A model generated the notes under the pieces. It was not told the origin of the DNA, made no database searches, and saw nothing but the letters and a program-made list of their open reading frames with translations. This document shows positions 1 to 12,906 of a DNA stretch of 64,000 nucleotides, one piece after another. The stretch comes from Lama guanicoe (taxonomy: Eukaryota): contig MU053379.1 in the NCBI GenBank assembly GCA_013239625.1, positions 5,208,714-5,272,713 of the forward strand. Reading direction: 5' to 3'. The first letter of the stretch is position 1. Each line of letters begins with the position of its first letter. Made by a program: the position numbers and the translations under genes.

Positions 1-1329
1 TTACACCCTCAGCTGGGATGTGAGTGCGCCCACAGCAGGCCCAACGCAAGACACTGGGCAGAGTCCTCAGGTCGCTGCGAGGCGGGTTGCCCCCCAGGGA
101 CCCTAGCACAGAGCTAAGGTGCCAAGAGTCGGAGTGCCGGCTCCCGGGGTACAGCGCCCCCACCCTGCACCCAGGGGTCAGCGCAGGAGGAGCCTGGGAA
201 GATGCCCAGGTCAGGTGACAAGGGAGACCTGAGGCCTCGTGGAATCTTCAGCGGGAGAAGCAATTCGGCAGCAGCCGTGGGACTAGGTCTGCCTGGAGCC
301 CTCGATCCTGTGGGTGCTGAGTCTCCAGCACGGTAACCCCACCACCGTGGGACAGACGAAGTCTCGGGGCAGCTCAGAACCCACGCCTGCCGCCCAGGGA
401 ACCCACCCCGTCTTGCAGACATCTCTGCCCCTACGAGGTCTCTACCTGGCATTAGCTTATTTAATGTTTTCAATTTAAAAGGAGTCAGAGCCACATGATC
501 TCGTGTTCAGTTTCTGTATTATTCTTACAATACCAAGCGTAAGTATCTCCTTCGTAAGCATATGTGCAACTTCGGTTTTTTTTCTCATGAGGGACTAAAG
601 AGAAAAACGAAGACACAGAAGTCCATGGCATTTTAAAAGCAGCAAAGGGCTTCAAACTGGGGAGTGACACAAATGAGGTCTGTGTTTTGAGCTGTTATTC
701 CGGCTCCAGGATGGAAAACAAACTGTCTCAAGGCAGGTCTGTGTGGGTGTGGGTGGCAGAGGTTCTGCCTCCAGTTTCCTGGACCTCAGGTAAGCTGGCA
801 GAACCCCACCCCGTCTCCCCACACTTACCAAACCACCAGAGCCTGTGTGAAGCTGATCATACAGTGTGTGTCCTCACAGAAGGCAGTGGAGACCTCCCGG
901 GGCCCCCAAACAGAACAAAATCTGGAAGCTGAAACCAAAGCCAGGAGCATTAAGCAACACAGAGATGGGGTCACCCTGAGGCCAGCACCTGCGTCAACAC
1001 TGCCACCAACAGTGTGGAGAAACCACACTGTGGCCACCTGTGTGGGGCCAGTTCCCTGGGAGAGGTTAATGTGGCCCCAGATTAATAGGCTCCCAGCTCT
1101 TGGTAAAAGCAAAACACATCCTTTCTGCGGGGAGCAAACTCCTACAGCTCCCAGGATTCCCAGAGACCAACATCATGCAAACGTGAGCTCACAAGCAAAG
1201 ATCAGCACAACATACGCGGAAAAGGACCACCTATGGGGATCAGAAGAAGCCAGAACAACAGGATTAGACCCCACAGGAACCTCAGATACTGGAATTCAGA
1301 CACAAACCAAAGGCAAATGTTATGAAATG

Positions 1330-3170
1330 TCTACCTGAATAAAAGATGGAAATGAAAGATGAACAAGCAACAAGAAGCCATCAAAAATGGTCAGAAAGAA
1401 CCAAAAAGGATTTCGGGGGGGGTGTCTACGTAAACATAAAAAACACTGGCAGAGTAGGCACCGCTGAAGAAACAGTTACTGAGCTGGAACACAGAGATGT
1501 GCAAAAGCACCTAGAATGTGATGCAGACAGGAAAGAGGGGTTAAGAAGCGGAGGAGAAGTGAAAAGCCCCGAGGTCACCATCTAACTGCAGAGGACAGTG
1601 AGGGCAGAGGCAGTGTGTCCTGAATAGTGGCCGAGAGGTCTTCCCAGGACACAGACCTACACACGCAGAAGGCACAGCGTCTTCTACGCAGGGTAAGAAA
1701 AAAGGAAACCGCCCTGGGCCTGAGACCCAGCGGTTTGTCTTCGGTACAGCAGCACCCAGAATGAGACGGGGGCTCCCCAAAGCCCCCCGGGGTTGCTGCT
1801 GTCCTGACTGGTGTCAGTGACCTCTGGGGACTGGCTCTGGGTGCTGGGGACACAGATGTGTCCCACCTGTCCACAGTTCTTCCAACTGCACATGTGTGCA
1901 CTTTCTTGTGTCCGCAACACTTTAATAGAAGGTTCAAAAAGAAAGAAATACACACTTAAACTCCCCAAAGACAAGCCACAGAAGAATGAGAACTTAAAAG
2001 CAGCAGAGGACAGGACGCCGGTCTCCTACTGCAGGTGCAGAATCACGGTGCCCCAGCCCAGGACCCACGAACGCGCTGTGACGCTGCAGAGCAGGTGGAG
2101 CTAAGGCCGCGGCTTACTGGACCTCAGGCAGGGAGAGCACCCTGCACGGCCCGGTGGCCACGGTGGATGTGAGAGGATGAGGCAGGAGAGTCAGGGTCAG
2201 TGATGGGGCCTGAGGAGGACCGACCAGTCCCTGCTGGCTTTAAAGGAGGCAGGGCCAGACTGGGCTGTCGGCACCTGCAGACCAGACCCTCCTCCAGAAG
2301 CTCCGGCAGGCAGGCTCTGCGATAGCGAGCCTGAGCTCCAGGCCCCACGCGGCAAAATCATCAACGGTGAGGTTTCAAGCCGCTGACTTGGTGGCAATTC
2401 ATTCCAGCAGTGCTGGGAAACTGGTGTGCGCTCACGGAGCAGACGGCCCCGGTCAAAGGGCAGAGGGCAGCCCTTCAACTGCTAATCTAGCCCTGCGCTC
2501 CTCGGGAGACCGTCCTTCGGAAACAGGGGAGAACCTGAGACAGTTTCACATCAGCAAAACCTGAGGGCATTTGCTCCAAGAGCGTTTCACTGAAGGACCT
2601 TGAAAGGCGACCACCACAGGAAAGATGGTCCCATCAGAAGGCACCGACCCCAGCGTCCAAGACCAGGCCCACCCGGCAGAACGCCTGGTGGAGGTTCTTA
2701 AGAAAGTCCGTGTCCAACCCCCAGAAACACAAGCCACCAAAACTGCCCCCGAGGAAACAGGCCACCCGAGCCGGCCTGTGACCAGTAAGGGGGCTGACTT
2801 GCAGCAACAGGCCCGGGCTGCTGGCTTCCCGGGGGAACCCCTCTGACACCTGCAGAGAGAGGCCATCCTCCTCCAGCTCCTTCCAAACCTGAGCAAGGGG
2901 ACACCTGCTAATTCGTTCTCTGATACCAGAGCCAAAGACACCACAGGACCGGTATTTCTTACCAAAGTGATGCTAAACCCGCAACAAGATGCCAGCAAAA
3001 ATGATCACTGAGCAGGTGCAGAGCCTGGGATGATGAGAAAGTTCTGGAAGTGGACAGTGGCGATGGCTGCACAACACTGTGAAGGAGTAAAGCCACCGCC
3101 TTATATATACACTTAAAAATGGTTACAGTGATCAGTTTTATGACAAAAAAGTCAATGTTCAATGACCAAA
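1330..3170 (+). mobile_element. Highly decayed ancient L1 pieces (ORF1-like, ORF2-like, old 3' end), interrupted by an LTR
   Basis: 2870-3000 resembles the L1 ORF2 RT-proximal segment (ctccttccaaac...ctaattcgttctctgataccagagccaaagacac). 3025-3140 resembles an L1MB-type 3' end. Confidence 0.55.
2060..2427 (+). mobile_element. MaLR (MLT1C/D-like) LTR relic
   Basis: Motifs gaggcaggagagtcag, ctgctggctttaaaggagg, tttcaagccgctgacttggtggcaattc. Confidence 0.5.
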
Positions 3171-3289
3171 AAAATTCATTAAAAAAAGACTGATTCATTT
3201 TCTAGATTAAAGGACATTAAAGCGAGATGACAACTGAAGGCACAGCACGTTTGCCACAGCCATGACGGCAAGGCACGTCCACATGGTCG

Positions 3290-3362
3290 CCTGTGCTCTT
3301 CCCACCCCCCCGCTTCACCTGTGCTCTGCCTCCCACCCCCCCGCTTCACCTGTGCTCTGCCC
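3290..3362. repeat. Short tandem repeat, about 28-30 bp x 2.5
   Basis: cctgtgctct...cccaccccccgcttca repeated. Confidence 0.8.
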
Positions 3363-4301
3363 AGCCCCCGGCCCCTTCATGGGTGGGAAATCCAGGAGGC
3401 AGGATCAAGGTCCCACATGGTCAGGGACGCCACGCCAGAGGCAGGGACATAACACAATGCCTAGATGGTGGTAAACAGTCCAGGCCCCTCGGGAGCAGTG
3501 AGGCAGTCTGGGGATAGAGCCCAGGGGCCTCCAGCTATGCTAACATTTTCTACCTTGAGCTGGGAGGTGCGTGGACATTTATTCCTTTTGGTTTATTGTA
3601 AATCCCACGTAACCTTTTGTTTTAAGTGAAGTAACTTGGCCTGGTCACCTGGCCAACAGGGGCTGGTGCCTGAGCAGGGCCCACCCACGTCTGCTGTGAA
3701 CCAGCGTCACCTGCCTGGACAAGTGACAGAACGCCTCATGGAGCCTTCGTCTCCACAGGAAGTGGGGACCTCACAGATGTGTGGGGTGGGAGTTAATGGG
3801 GCCAAAGGACACGGTGCACAGAGCATGAACTGTGTCACACACCTGAGCCCGGCCGTGACCTCTCCCAGGCCACACTCCGTGAGCTGGCAAAGCCTTCCAG
3901 AATTCCGGCCTCCTGAGACAGAGCGTGTGCCAGGCTGAGCCCCCGGGCCGGGGAGGGGGGCCTAGCTGCACAGACCAACATCTCTGGGCCACCTCCCCAC
4001 CCTGAGTCGGCCCTGACAGTGTCACCTGTTCACTACCAGCCGAGTCGGCCATGGGAGGTAAAAACAGTTTGTTCAAATTCTATAGTCAAGTGCTTCAGGG
4101 ACTATGCTCTAGTTACCATGAATTTTTAAAGTAAAGAACAAGTCCTGTAAAATAGCCTGTTCCTGCGGAGCTCACCTATCTGCACCGACAGAACCGCTGG
4201 CTAACAGGTAACGTGACTCTTAGCAGTTTCCCAAGTCCAATTTCAAAGTCTGGCTCTTAAGAAACCCTGACACGGCACCCGAGAGGACGGGGTCCCCGGA
4301 C

Positions 4302-4549
4302 CTGAGCCGCCGCAGCGCGTCCTGCAGCCGGTCCCTGTCCTGCGTCAGCCGCTGCTCCAGCTCTGCCCTCCTCTGCAGCCTGGCCCGCAGGCCACGGATG
4401 ACCGCCTGCGAGTCCGCATGCAGGCTGGCCAGCTCGGCCTTCTGGCCCTGCAGCATGCTGCGCTCCAGCTGGAAGGCCTGCTCCAGTTCCTGTCTCTGCT
4501 CCGCAAAGCCCCTTCTCATCACCTCCACTTCCCTTTCGTAGGAGCTCAC
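4302..4549 (-). CDS. NINL: NINL exon 16 (248 nt; donor end less certain)
   Basis: tcttctcag|VSSYEREVEVMRRGFAEQRQELEQAFQLERSMLQGQKAEL...QDALRRL+AG|gtccgg (weak donor, phase 2). Confidence 0.82.
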
Positions 4550-5279
4550 CTGAGAAGAGAGTATGAGGACCTCAGCCGGGGGCCCTAGAAGGGATCTGCC
4601 TTCCGGCACCAGGCTGCCAGCAGGGGTCCGAGCCGGTTGGGGGGTGGGGCCCTGAGGGCTGTGAAAGGCTCCCCATGGCCAGGTGGCCGCAGGCTTCCAT
4701 CACCTCCCTCCCAGAACCTTCACTGGGCCCCATGGGCAGGCCCAGCAGGTGCAGAAAGGAGGCTAGGGGTGGAGTGGGGCCGGTGCCTGGCAGACAGCAG
4801 GAGGGGGCGAGGGTGGACAGCGCCTCCACGAGGCTGGCAGGAGGCCCAGCGGGAAAGGCCACAGAGGAGCTTCTGGCTGAGGCATCCAGGTGGCCCTGCC
4901 TCGCTGCCCCGGGACACCGACAAGTCCTGGACACTCTCCCCGCAAAAAACCCACCACAGCCGAGTAACAGAGCGGGAGACACATTCATCCAAGGGGCAGA
5001 CTCGGCCAGGGGGGCACTGGAGCGCCCCATGCAGGGCAACCCGGGGAGCTCCAGCTGAGACACAGCTGGGAGCAGCGCCCCCCACGGCACAAGGAGCAGG
5101 GCGGTCTGGCCCCTCGAGACACGCGGGTACACGTGACCCTGCCCCTTCCCACGGTCCGGCGTTCTTCCCCTGCCCTGCCTCACTTCCACTTCCTGTAAAC
5201 CTTGGCCCCGCGCGCTTACTGTGGGGCAGAGGAGTGCCTGGCGGCTCCCGACCCCTCGGCCTCCCTCAGTCCCCCTGAC

Positions 5280-5389
5280 CTTGGCCTCCAGCTGGACCTC
5301 GAGGTCCAGGTAGCGTTCCTTCACCTGCTCCAACATTATCTCCGTTCCTAGACTCACTGGAGCGGACTGGCCCACAAATGCAATGAGGC
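5280..5389 (-). CDS. NINL: NINL exon 15 (110 nt)
   Basis: tctgcag|(G)LIAFVGQSAPVSLGTEIMLEQVKERYLDLEVQLEAK|gtcagg. Confidence 0.92.
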
Positions 5390-5682
5390 CTGCAGACGAG
5401 AGGACACTTCCGCTTACGTCCTGCCCCGGACACCACGGGGTCCGGTCCCAACCCCCACGCTCACTCCTGGACAGCTCCCTGGGACACATCTGCCCTGAGG
5501 TCATGGCAAGGTCATTATGCCCTTCACCACTTCTGTCACCCTCGTCCACCTCCCTTGGGGCTCTGGGTTCTGCAAAAACCCCGGTCTCAGGTAGGCGGTT
5601 CAAGCTGGCCCACCAGCCGCTGCCACCTCCCCCTCCCCGGGCAGGAGCACTGACCCACCGCCTTCCAGCACCCAGCTCCCAC

Positions 5683-5812
5683 CTGCTGGGCTGTGTCCAG
5701 GGGACAGCTGGCCGTCTGGCTGTGCGTGGGGCTGGCTGGGCCGGCTCAGGGGCAGCTGCGCCCGCAGGCCTTCCAGTGCGGCCTGCAGCTCGTCGTTCTG
5801 GTCCTGCAGATC
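5683..5812 (-). CDS. NINL: NINL exon 14 (130 nt)
   Basis: cccacag|DLQDQNDELQAALEGLRAQLP...GHSPA+G|gtggga. Confidence 0.9.
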
Positions 5813-7827
5813 CTGTGGGCAGAGCCAGACACCGCCTCCAGCTGCTGCGGCCTTCGGCCCCAGGAGCGCGGTGTGGAGACGGTGCCAGGGGAGCAGCACG
5901 GCCCCCAGCTCAGCAGGGCAGGCAGGGCTGCCCCCTGGCCTCCAGGACAGCTGTAACTGCACCCAGGCACCTGACTACTTGGTGAGCGACAGAGAAGCAG
6001 GGCCGTCTCCTGACTGCTTATGCCCAGCACACCTTCCACCACCGGGGCATGGGGGGCTCAGGAAAAGGAGCTCAGGGAAAGTGAGAAACGCAGAAAATAC
6101 AGAGAACCATCAGCAGCTGAAAGCACTGGTGCCTTGTTGAAACGCACGGCGGTGCTACGACCTGGGTGGGAGGCAGCTACACCAGGTCTGCCCTGGTTCT
6201 GGCCACAGCTGGTGGTGAGTCTGCAACGGGTTCTGCAGTCACTGGCCACCAAAGCGGACAGCGAGTGCTTCAGACCAAAGGCCACAAAGAAACAACCGTG
6301 TCAACAGAAGGGTGGTGGCTAGGTGAGCACGCATGTAAGGGGAAGGGGGATTTGGGGGCATGAAAGCTTAAAAGGGTCTTGTTTGTGACAAGTGTAACTG
6401 GTCCAATCATGGATGAAATACACCTGAACCAGCACACTCGGTCACCTGACTTTTAAAGGCCCAGTTTCCCAGGTGGTCCCACAGCCGGCACCACCTGTCT
6501 GTGCCCTGCCACGTCTGCTGTGGGTCCCTGTCCCCACATCCCCAGGCTGGCAGTCTGCGCCCACCCCACCTGGAAGATGGTACAGGGCATGCAGCCGCCA
6601 CTGGCTTCTCCTTCTGGGACATGCGCTCTCAGGGAGCCCAAACCAGCCACCCACGAGGGCCCATCTCTCAGATCTTTGAGTTTCCTTCCAGGCGGCTCTT
6701 GTTAAATAAACCTCATCTTCCTGCACTTCCCGGAGGCCCGTGCCTGGCCTGTCACCGTGGTTCCCCCTGGAGGAGCCTTTCCTCGGCAGCCCGAGGCCGT
6801 GGGGAGAAGGTACAGGCCCTGCAGACCTTAGAAGCAGCACAGATTTACTGGGATCCCTGTGCCTCCTCCAGCCTGCAGGAAAGGGCAGGCCTGCAGGGCG
6901 GAGCACTCACCCTGCTCCCCCGGCCCCGCAGTGTCGCCACGCTGGCCACTGAGTGCCTCTGGGGTGGTCAGGCCAGCTCGAGGCATGCCATAGCAAAACT
7001 CGACGCTGACTTTAAAGACCCGATTCCCAAAAGGGAGGTAAGATATCTCACTTAGAATGTGTTCATACAGATTTGATACTGAAATGATGACACCACAGAT
7101 ACACTGACGTCAATGAAATGTTACTAAAACTGGCGTCACCTGCTTCTTCTCACCTGTGAGATGTGACTACTGGAAAACTCGAAATCACACGCCCGACTGG
7201 TATTTTTATGGGACAGTGCTGACCTAGCAGGAAGTATCTGCAGAGCCATTTCCACCCAATGCCCTGCCCCCTTGGGGGTTCTTTTTGCCCCTAAACGGGT
7301 ATTTTGAGAGCACATATACGTCCTGCAAATTCAGGAGAAAGCAGGCTCTTCGCTGGGCGCAGGCGCTGCGGCTCCCAGGACACACGTGGGAGCGCGGCCA
7401 GTTCTAGTCCGCCGGGCGATGTGTGCCGACCTGGGCCCCAGCCCTGGGTGCCTCCGGCCACACGGGGCAGCTGGCAGGGCTGGGGAGCCAGGTGCTTGTT
7501 CTGCACGTGAATCTGGGGTGCCTGTGGGTGCAGAGGGCAGTCACAGGGGCAGGGTGTCACCCTGCTAGCCAGCAAGGCAGCAAACCCACTGCCCACGCTG
7601 CAGCGCCAAGGGTCTGGACCTGCTGAAGCTTCTCTTCTCGTTAGCGGGAGGAACGAGCTCAGGAAGAAAGCCGGGGTGGGGAGGGGGGCGGATTTCAACA
7701 GCCGCTTGGAAAACACTGGAGAGGAAGGTGGAGCGGCCTGGCAGGCTGTCTGGGGAGACAGGCCACGCTGAGGCAGCACACACAGAGGGGCGGACCGCCC
7801 AGACACCGGCAGTGGAGGGGCTGGTGC

Positions 7828-8107
7828 GTGTCTTGGTCCGTTCAGGATGCTAAAACAAAAATACCAAAGGTGGGGGCTTATAAGCAAAAGAAATTGAGTT
7901 CTGACAGTTCTGGAGGCTGGACGTCCACGATTGAGGTGCCCTTGGAATCAGTGTCTGGTGGGAGCTTCCCAGTTCACAGCCTTCTCCTGTGTCCTCATTT
8001 GGTGGAAGGGATGGGGGCGCTCTCTGGGGCCCCCCTCCTAACACTGTCATGTTGAAGAACAGGCTTCAGCATGTGGCTCTGGGGGACACACTCATCCAGG
8101 TTACAAT
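7828..8107 (-). mobile_element. MLT1A-like MaLR LTR
   Basis: tgtcttggtccgttcaggatgctaaaacaaaaatacc...cagttctggaggctgg...tgtgtcctcatttggtggaag. Confidence 0.7.
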
Positions 8108-8329
8108 GGGTGGAAATGCAGAAAAGAAAAATCTGCATTTATGGTTTCTGACCAGGGACGAGTCACTCCATGAGGGTGTCTGCCCAAGACAGGGGCAAAA
8201 ACACGAAACCACAGAGGACCTCTAAGAAGGATGCAACCAACATCTTACAGCCCCTTTTACCAAAGGCAGCCTCGTCCAGAAAACTGAGACTGACAGTTGA
8301 AATGGAAAAAAAAAAAGAGATAAAACCGT

Positions 8330-8480
8330 GGTGGAAGTGGGGGTTCTAGCATGCATGTGTGCTTAGCAGGTACGAGGTCATGGGTTCGAGCCCCAGTACC
8401 TCCATTAAATAAAATACAAAAAAATAAATAAACCTAATTACCCCCCAAACCCCCAAACAAACAAGCAAACAAACAAAAGC
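8330..8480 (+). mobile_element. tRNA-derived SINE (camelid Vic-1-like)
   Basis: tgcttagcaggtacgaggtcatgggttcgagccccagtacctcc plus A-rich tail with aacctaattacc. Confidence 0.75.
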
Positions 8481-8831
8481 TAAACTGACAGTTGAATAGG
8501 GAGAGAACCCAGCAACAACGGGAGCACAGGTCCCGAGCCAGCAGGACCCCCCTCACAAGGGAAGCGGGAAGCGGCAACTCGGAAAGATGGGTGATGCTCG
8601 GCAGGGAGGCTCACGCAGCCTCCACTCTGGAGACTGGCGACGCGCCCGGACCCCCGTGTCTGAGCCGTTCCTTCCTGTCAGGAGCCGGGCTCCGCGGAGA
8701 AAGGGCTGTTTCCAGGGCAGTCGTTACGCTGGAAAGTTCGTAACTGACTGAACAAGACTCGACAGTCACATGTCACGAGGTCAGGGCTGCCGGCCGGAAG
8801 ATGCCCCACTGGACAGACCCCACACAACCAG

Positions 8832-9075
8832 GGCCCCAAAGTGTCGGACACAGTAGCCAACTACAAAGGGGGCGGCGGGGGCACCAAGGTGTCGGACACA
8901 GTAGCCAACTACAAAGGGGGCGGCGGGGGCCCCAAGGTGTCGGACACAGTAGCCAACTACAAAGGGGGCGGCGGGGGCCCCAAGGTGTCGGACACAGTAG
9001 CCAACTACAAAGGGGGCGGCGGGGGCCCCAAGGTGTCGGACACAATAACCAATTACAAAGGGGGCGATGGGGCCC
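8832..9075. repeat. 48-bp minisatellite, about 5 copies
   Basis: gtgtcggacaca recurs at 8841, 8889, 8937, 8985, 9033; units nearly identical. Confidence 0.95.
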
Positions 9076-9503
9076 AGGAACCAGACCAACAGCAGACGGG
9101 TGGGACACCGCCGGCTGACGGCAGGTGACAAGCGCCAGCCGACAGAGCAGATGCTGGAGCTGGAAAACCACCCTTCAGCCAGAGTGGGCAAGAAGCACTG
9201 ACTGGCCCCAAACCCAGGGAAACCTCTCACAAAGGGCAGGACGTGCACGTGGCCTTCGAGTGTCTCCCCACCGACCGCTCATCAGCTGCAGAGGAGGAAA
9301 CCCAGCAGCTGTCCAGCGGGGCCAGGAGGCCATGCCGAGGGCAGGTGGTCAGAACTGACCTCACCTCCGCTGTGCAGCTGAGAAGGACAACTTCAACCCA
9401 AAGGGAGTATCAGAAAAGCAAAATGAACGTTTCTATTAAAAACGGGGGGGAGCTGTATTCTTTGAAAATGTCCATGTCGAGGGCAAAGGCAGGCTGAGGG
9501 AAC

Positions 9504-9860
9504 GTGCGCCGGGCTGAATGTGTCCCCCAGATCCATGTGTCGAATCCCGAGCCCCAGCGCGATGGTGTCGGGAGGTGGGGCTTTGGGGGGTGATGCGGTC
9601 ATAAGGGTGGAGCCCCCATGATGGGGGTCAGTGCTCTTGTAACACAGGTTCACAGGCCCCTCGCCCCTCCACGCGAGGACACAGTGAGAGGACAGCCAGC
9701 CACCTGCAACCCCAAACAGAGCCCTGCAGACACAGCGTCTGCAGGCTCCTTGACCTCGGACCCACCCGCGTCTAGAAGCGCGCGAACTACATCTCTGCGG
9801 TTAATAAGCTCCCCAGCCTACAGCGTTCTTTCTACCGCCACCCGGAACGGGCGAAGACGA
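9504..9860 (+). mobile_element. MLT1A-like MaLR LTR inserted into an old L1 3' fragment
   Basis: gggctgaatgtgtccccc...gggtggagcccccatgatggg... L1M-type flanks (aggctgagggaac / ttcagattaaagga) rejoin across it. Confidence 0.7.
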
Positions 9861-11280
9861 AGCTTCAGATTAAAGGACGTTAAACAGACACAGCAGCCTC
9901 GGCAACACCTGGTCCTGGGCTGGATCCTGCCCTGGAGGGGAGGGGAGCCCTGAGAGGCGAACCAGCGTCGACACGCCGCGTCCGCAGGGCGCGGCGCTGC
10001 ATCCGTGGGGGGAGACCTGACCAGGCGTCCACCGCTAAGCAGGAGGTACTGGGGGGCGGTTCTCCAGGAGGAGAAGCCCAGCTTTGTAGCTTTCGCTCAC
10101 TTCTTGGTGTAAATAAGCCCCACCATCAAAGGCTCACCAAGAAGTCAGCAAGACACCTGAACATTTAACAGGTCGACTCTGGTCACCTGACCAGCCCTGC
10201 GAAGCTGTAGGGTCAGCCTGTGCTCAGGAAACGCGTGGGCTGGCCTGGGGGCACAGGGCCCCGGTGCACATGGGTCACCTCAGGTGCTCAAAAACAACCG
10301 CGTGTGCACGTCCACACACACGTGCACACACTGAGTGCACGGGGCCAACGTGAACAGCTGGGAACCTGGGCGGAGGCCCTCAAGTGTTACTCGAGCTAGT
10401 TTCACCTTTGTGACTTCATGTGTTAGAAATTATTTTCAATTAAAAAGCTTTTTTAATGCTCTAAATGTTAGTTCAAAACAGCCAAAAATATCCCCCCAAA
10501 TAGAACAAATTTCAAAATAAGCAGCCGAGTCCTGAAATGTAAAATATTTTGCTGATGTTCCAAAAAAAGTCAAGAACCAGAAGTGGATGAGTTGCAGTTC
10601 TTAAAGAAGGAAGGTTACGCTTGTGCAGTAAAGTAACATACGAATGGGTGGCTGGTTCCAGGTGCCCAACGTGGAGAGAAAATCCAGCAGGAAGGCCAGC
10701 TCCCTCCGGCGGTTGAGCGGCACGACCCCGAGGCACCACAGCCCCCAGCCGCAAACCACACGCCAGCCGGGCTCCCGAGGAGGCGGACAGCTGACACACG
10801 CAGGGCTGCAGGGCACCTGGGACTTGGGGCTTGGAGGGCAGGGGGCCGGGGTCACGCCACACTGCACACCAAGCACGAGCTCACCTTTATCCTCTGGTGC
10901 GGCCAAAGCATCGCGTGCAGAAACACAGGGCTTGCGTTAGTGGGGAGGGAAATCACTAAGAATCAAGTTGCCGCCACACCCTTAACACCAAGCAGCGACG
11001 TTGTCTACGCTGGCTCCTCAGTGATCTTGAGAGGGTAGCGGGCTGGGCCGCGTTTCTACGCCTTGGGCCCTGCCACCTGCGCCCCACTCTGCACGGCACA
11101 CACTGGCAGGTCTGGCCCAGGAAATGCCAACAGCCACGCACGGGAGACAAGATGAAGCCCTCCATGCTGCCCGGAAACAGAGGGGCCCTTAGGGTTGGGG
11201 TTAGTGCCATCCCGGGAGCCGGGCAGCCTGGCGGGAGCTGGGCACGGGTGCTGGGCAGGCGGGTCCTGGCCCTCCCTTCA

Positions 11281-11562
<282 letters not shown>

Positions 11563-11977
11563 TTACCTCTCACACTCCCCCTACCCCGGCTCAGCACCTC
11601 CGGAGACAGCCGCCCATCCCTCCTCCTCTCCCCTTGTTTGAAAGGTCTCAGGGCAGAAGGATGGTCCAGACTCATGGAAGGTGGCCTCGCGCCCACCTGG
11701 AGCCTGGGCTGCCTTCTTGCTGGGCTGCCCCTGCCGAGCCCTGCACCTGCCCTCCCCTCCTCCCCCCCATGGGGATGGCAGGGGGCTTCCAACCTCTCCC
11801 CGTGCCCCCACCACTGAGACTCTGCCACTGGCCCAGGCCTTTGTCACTAAAGGGCCCATGTGCAGGGCATCACTGGCACTGCCTGAAGAGGAGGAAAACC
11901 TGGAAAGTTGTCTTGATTTTCTCTGCATTCTAGAATTTTAGCAGGAAAAAATCCTGTCACCTGTGCATTCTTTGCTA

Positions 11978-12157
<180 letters not shown>

Positions 12158-12874
12158 CTACAAGACACAGGCCAGTGGTTTGCCAGCTGTGGGAGCGCAG
12201 GAGGGGCTGTCACAGGTCTGCCCCCTCTGACAGAGGAGCAGGGCTCCAGGGGGACTCGGGGCCAGAACAAGTCAGGTGGCCTGTTCAGACCCCACGGAGC
12301 CCTTGGCAACACTCCTCCCTGTCCCACTGCCTCAACCTCCCCCACAGCCCAAGCCCAGGATGGTCGTGAGCGGCACGAGGAAAGGCTGGTGGCAGTCCCT
12401 TCTGTGCCATTTTTAAAGACGGCTCTGAAGCTGCACCGTGACAGCCCCGGTGTCCACCAGGAGGAAGGCAGTGTCTGCAGACTTGGGGGCTGGGGGACAG
12501 AGGCGCAGGAGGCAGGTGGGTGTGGGCAGAACCTGCAGCCCTGAGTTAGGAAAGGAGAAGGAAGGCGGAGGCTGGGGGGCCGGGGACATCTCACTGGGTG
12601 CAAACGCAGGGAGCGTGACAGTCGTGGGATGCTCTTCACGGCCCAGAGGGCCACGTTTGCCACAGGCCAGGGCTCCAGGCAGGGGGTGGGGCAATGTGCT
12701 TTGGTCTCTGCTGACCCCACGGGTGCCCTAGTCCCCAGGGGCGCACTAACCCTCCCTGACCTCGGTGCGGGAGCCCCTCGGCCCCTGTCCTGCTGCCCCC
12801 ACAGCTGGTGGGGGGTGATGTCTCTCCGGGGAAAGGCAGGAGTCTTTCTGTTAGGCTGAGAAGGGGGTCCTCCA

Positions 12875-12875
<1 letters not shown>

Positions 12876-12906
<31 letters not shown>

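Noticed and set aside
8289..8496. 13-bp direct repeat actgacagttgaa (8289-8301, 8484-8496) as the SINE TSD
   Set aside because: The left copy sits about 30 nt from the SINE start. It may be a TSD with a 5' addition, but this is too uncertain to report.
8832..9075. CRISPR-like array or repeat-protein gene
   Set aside because: The units are contiguous tandem copies with no unique spacers, in a mammalian intron. The ORFs arise only because the 48-bp unit lacks stops.
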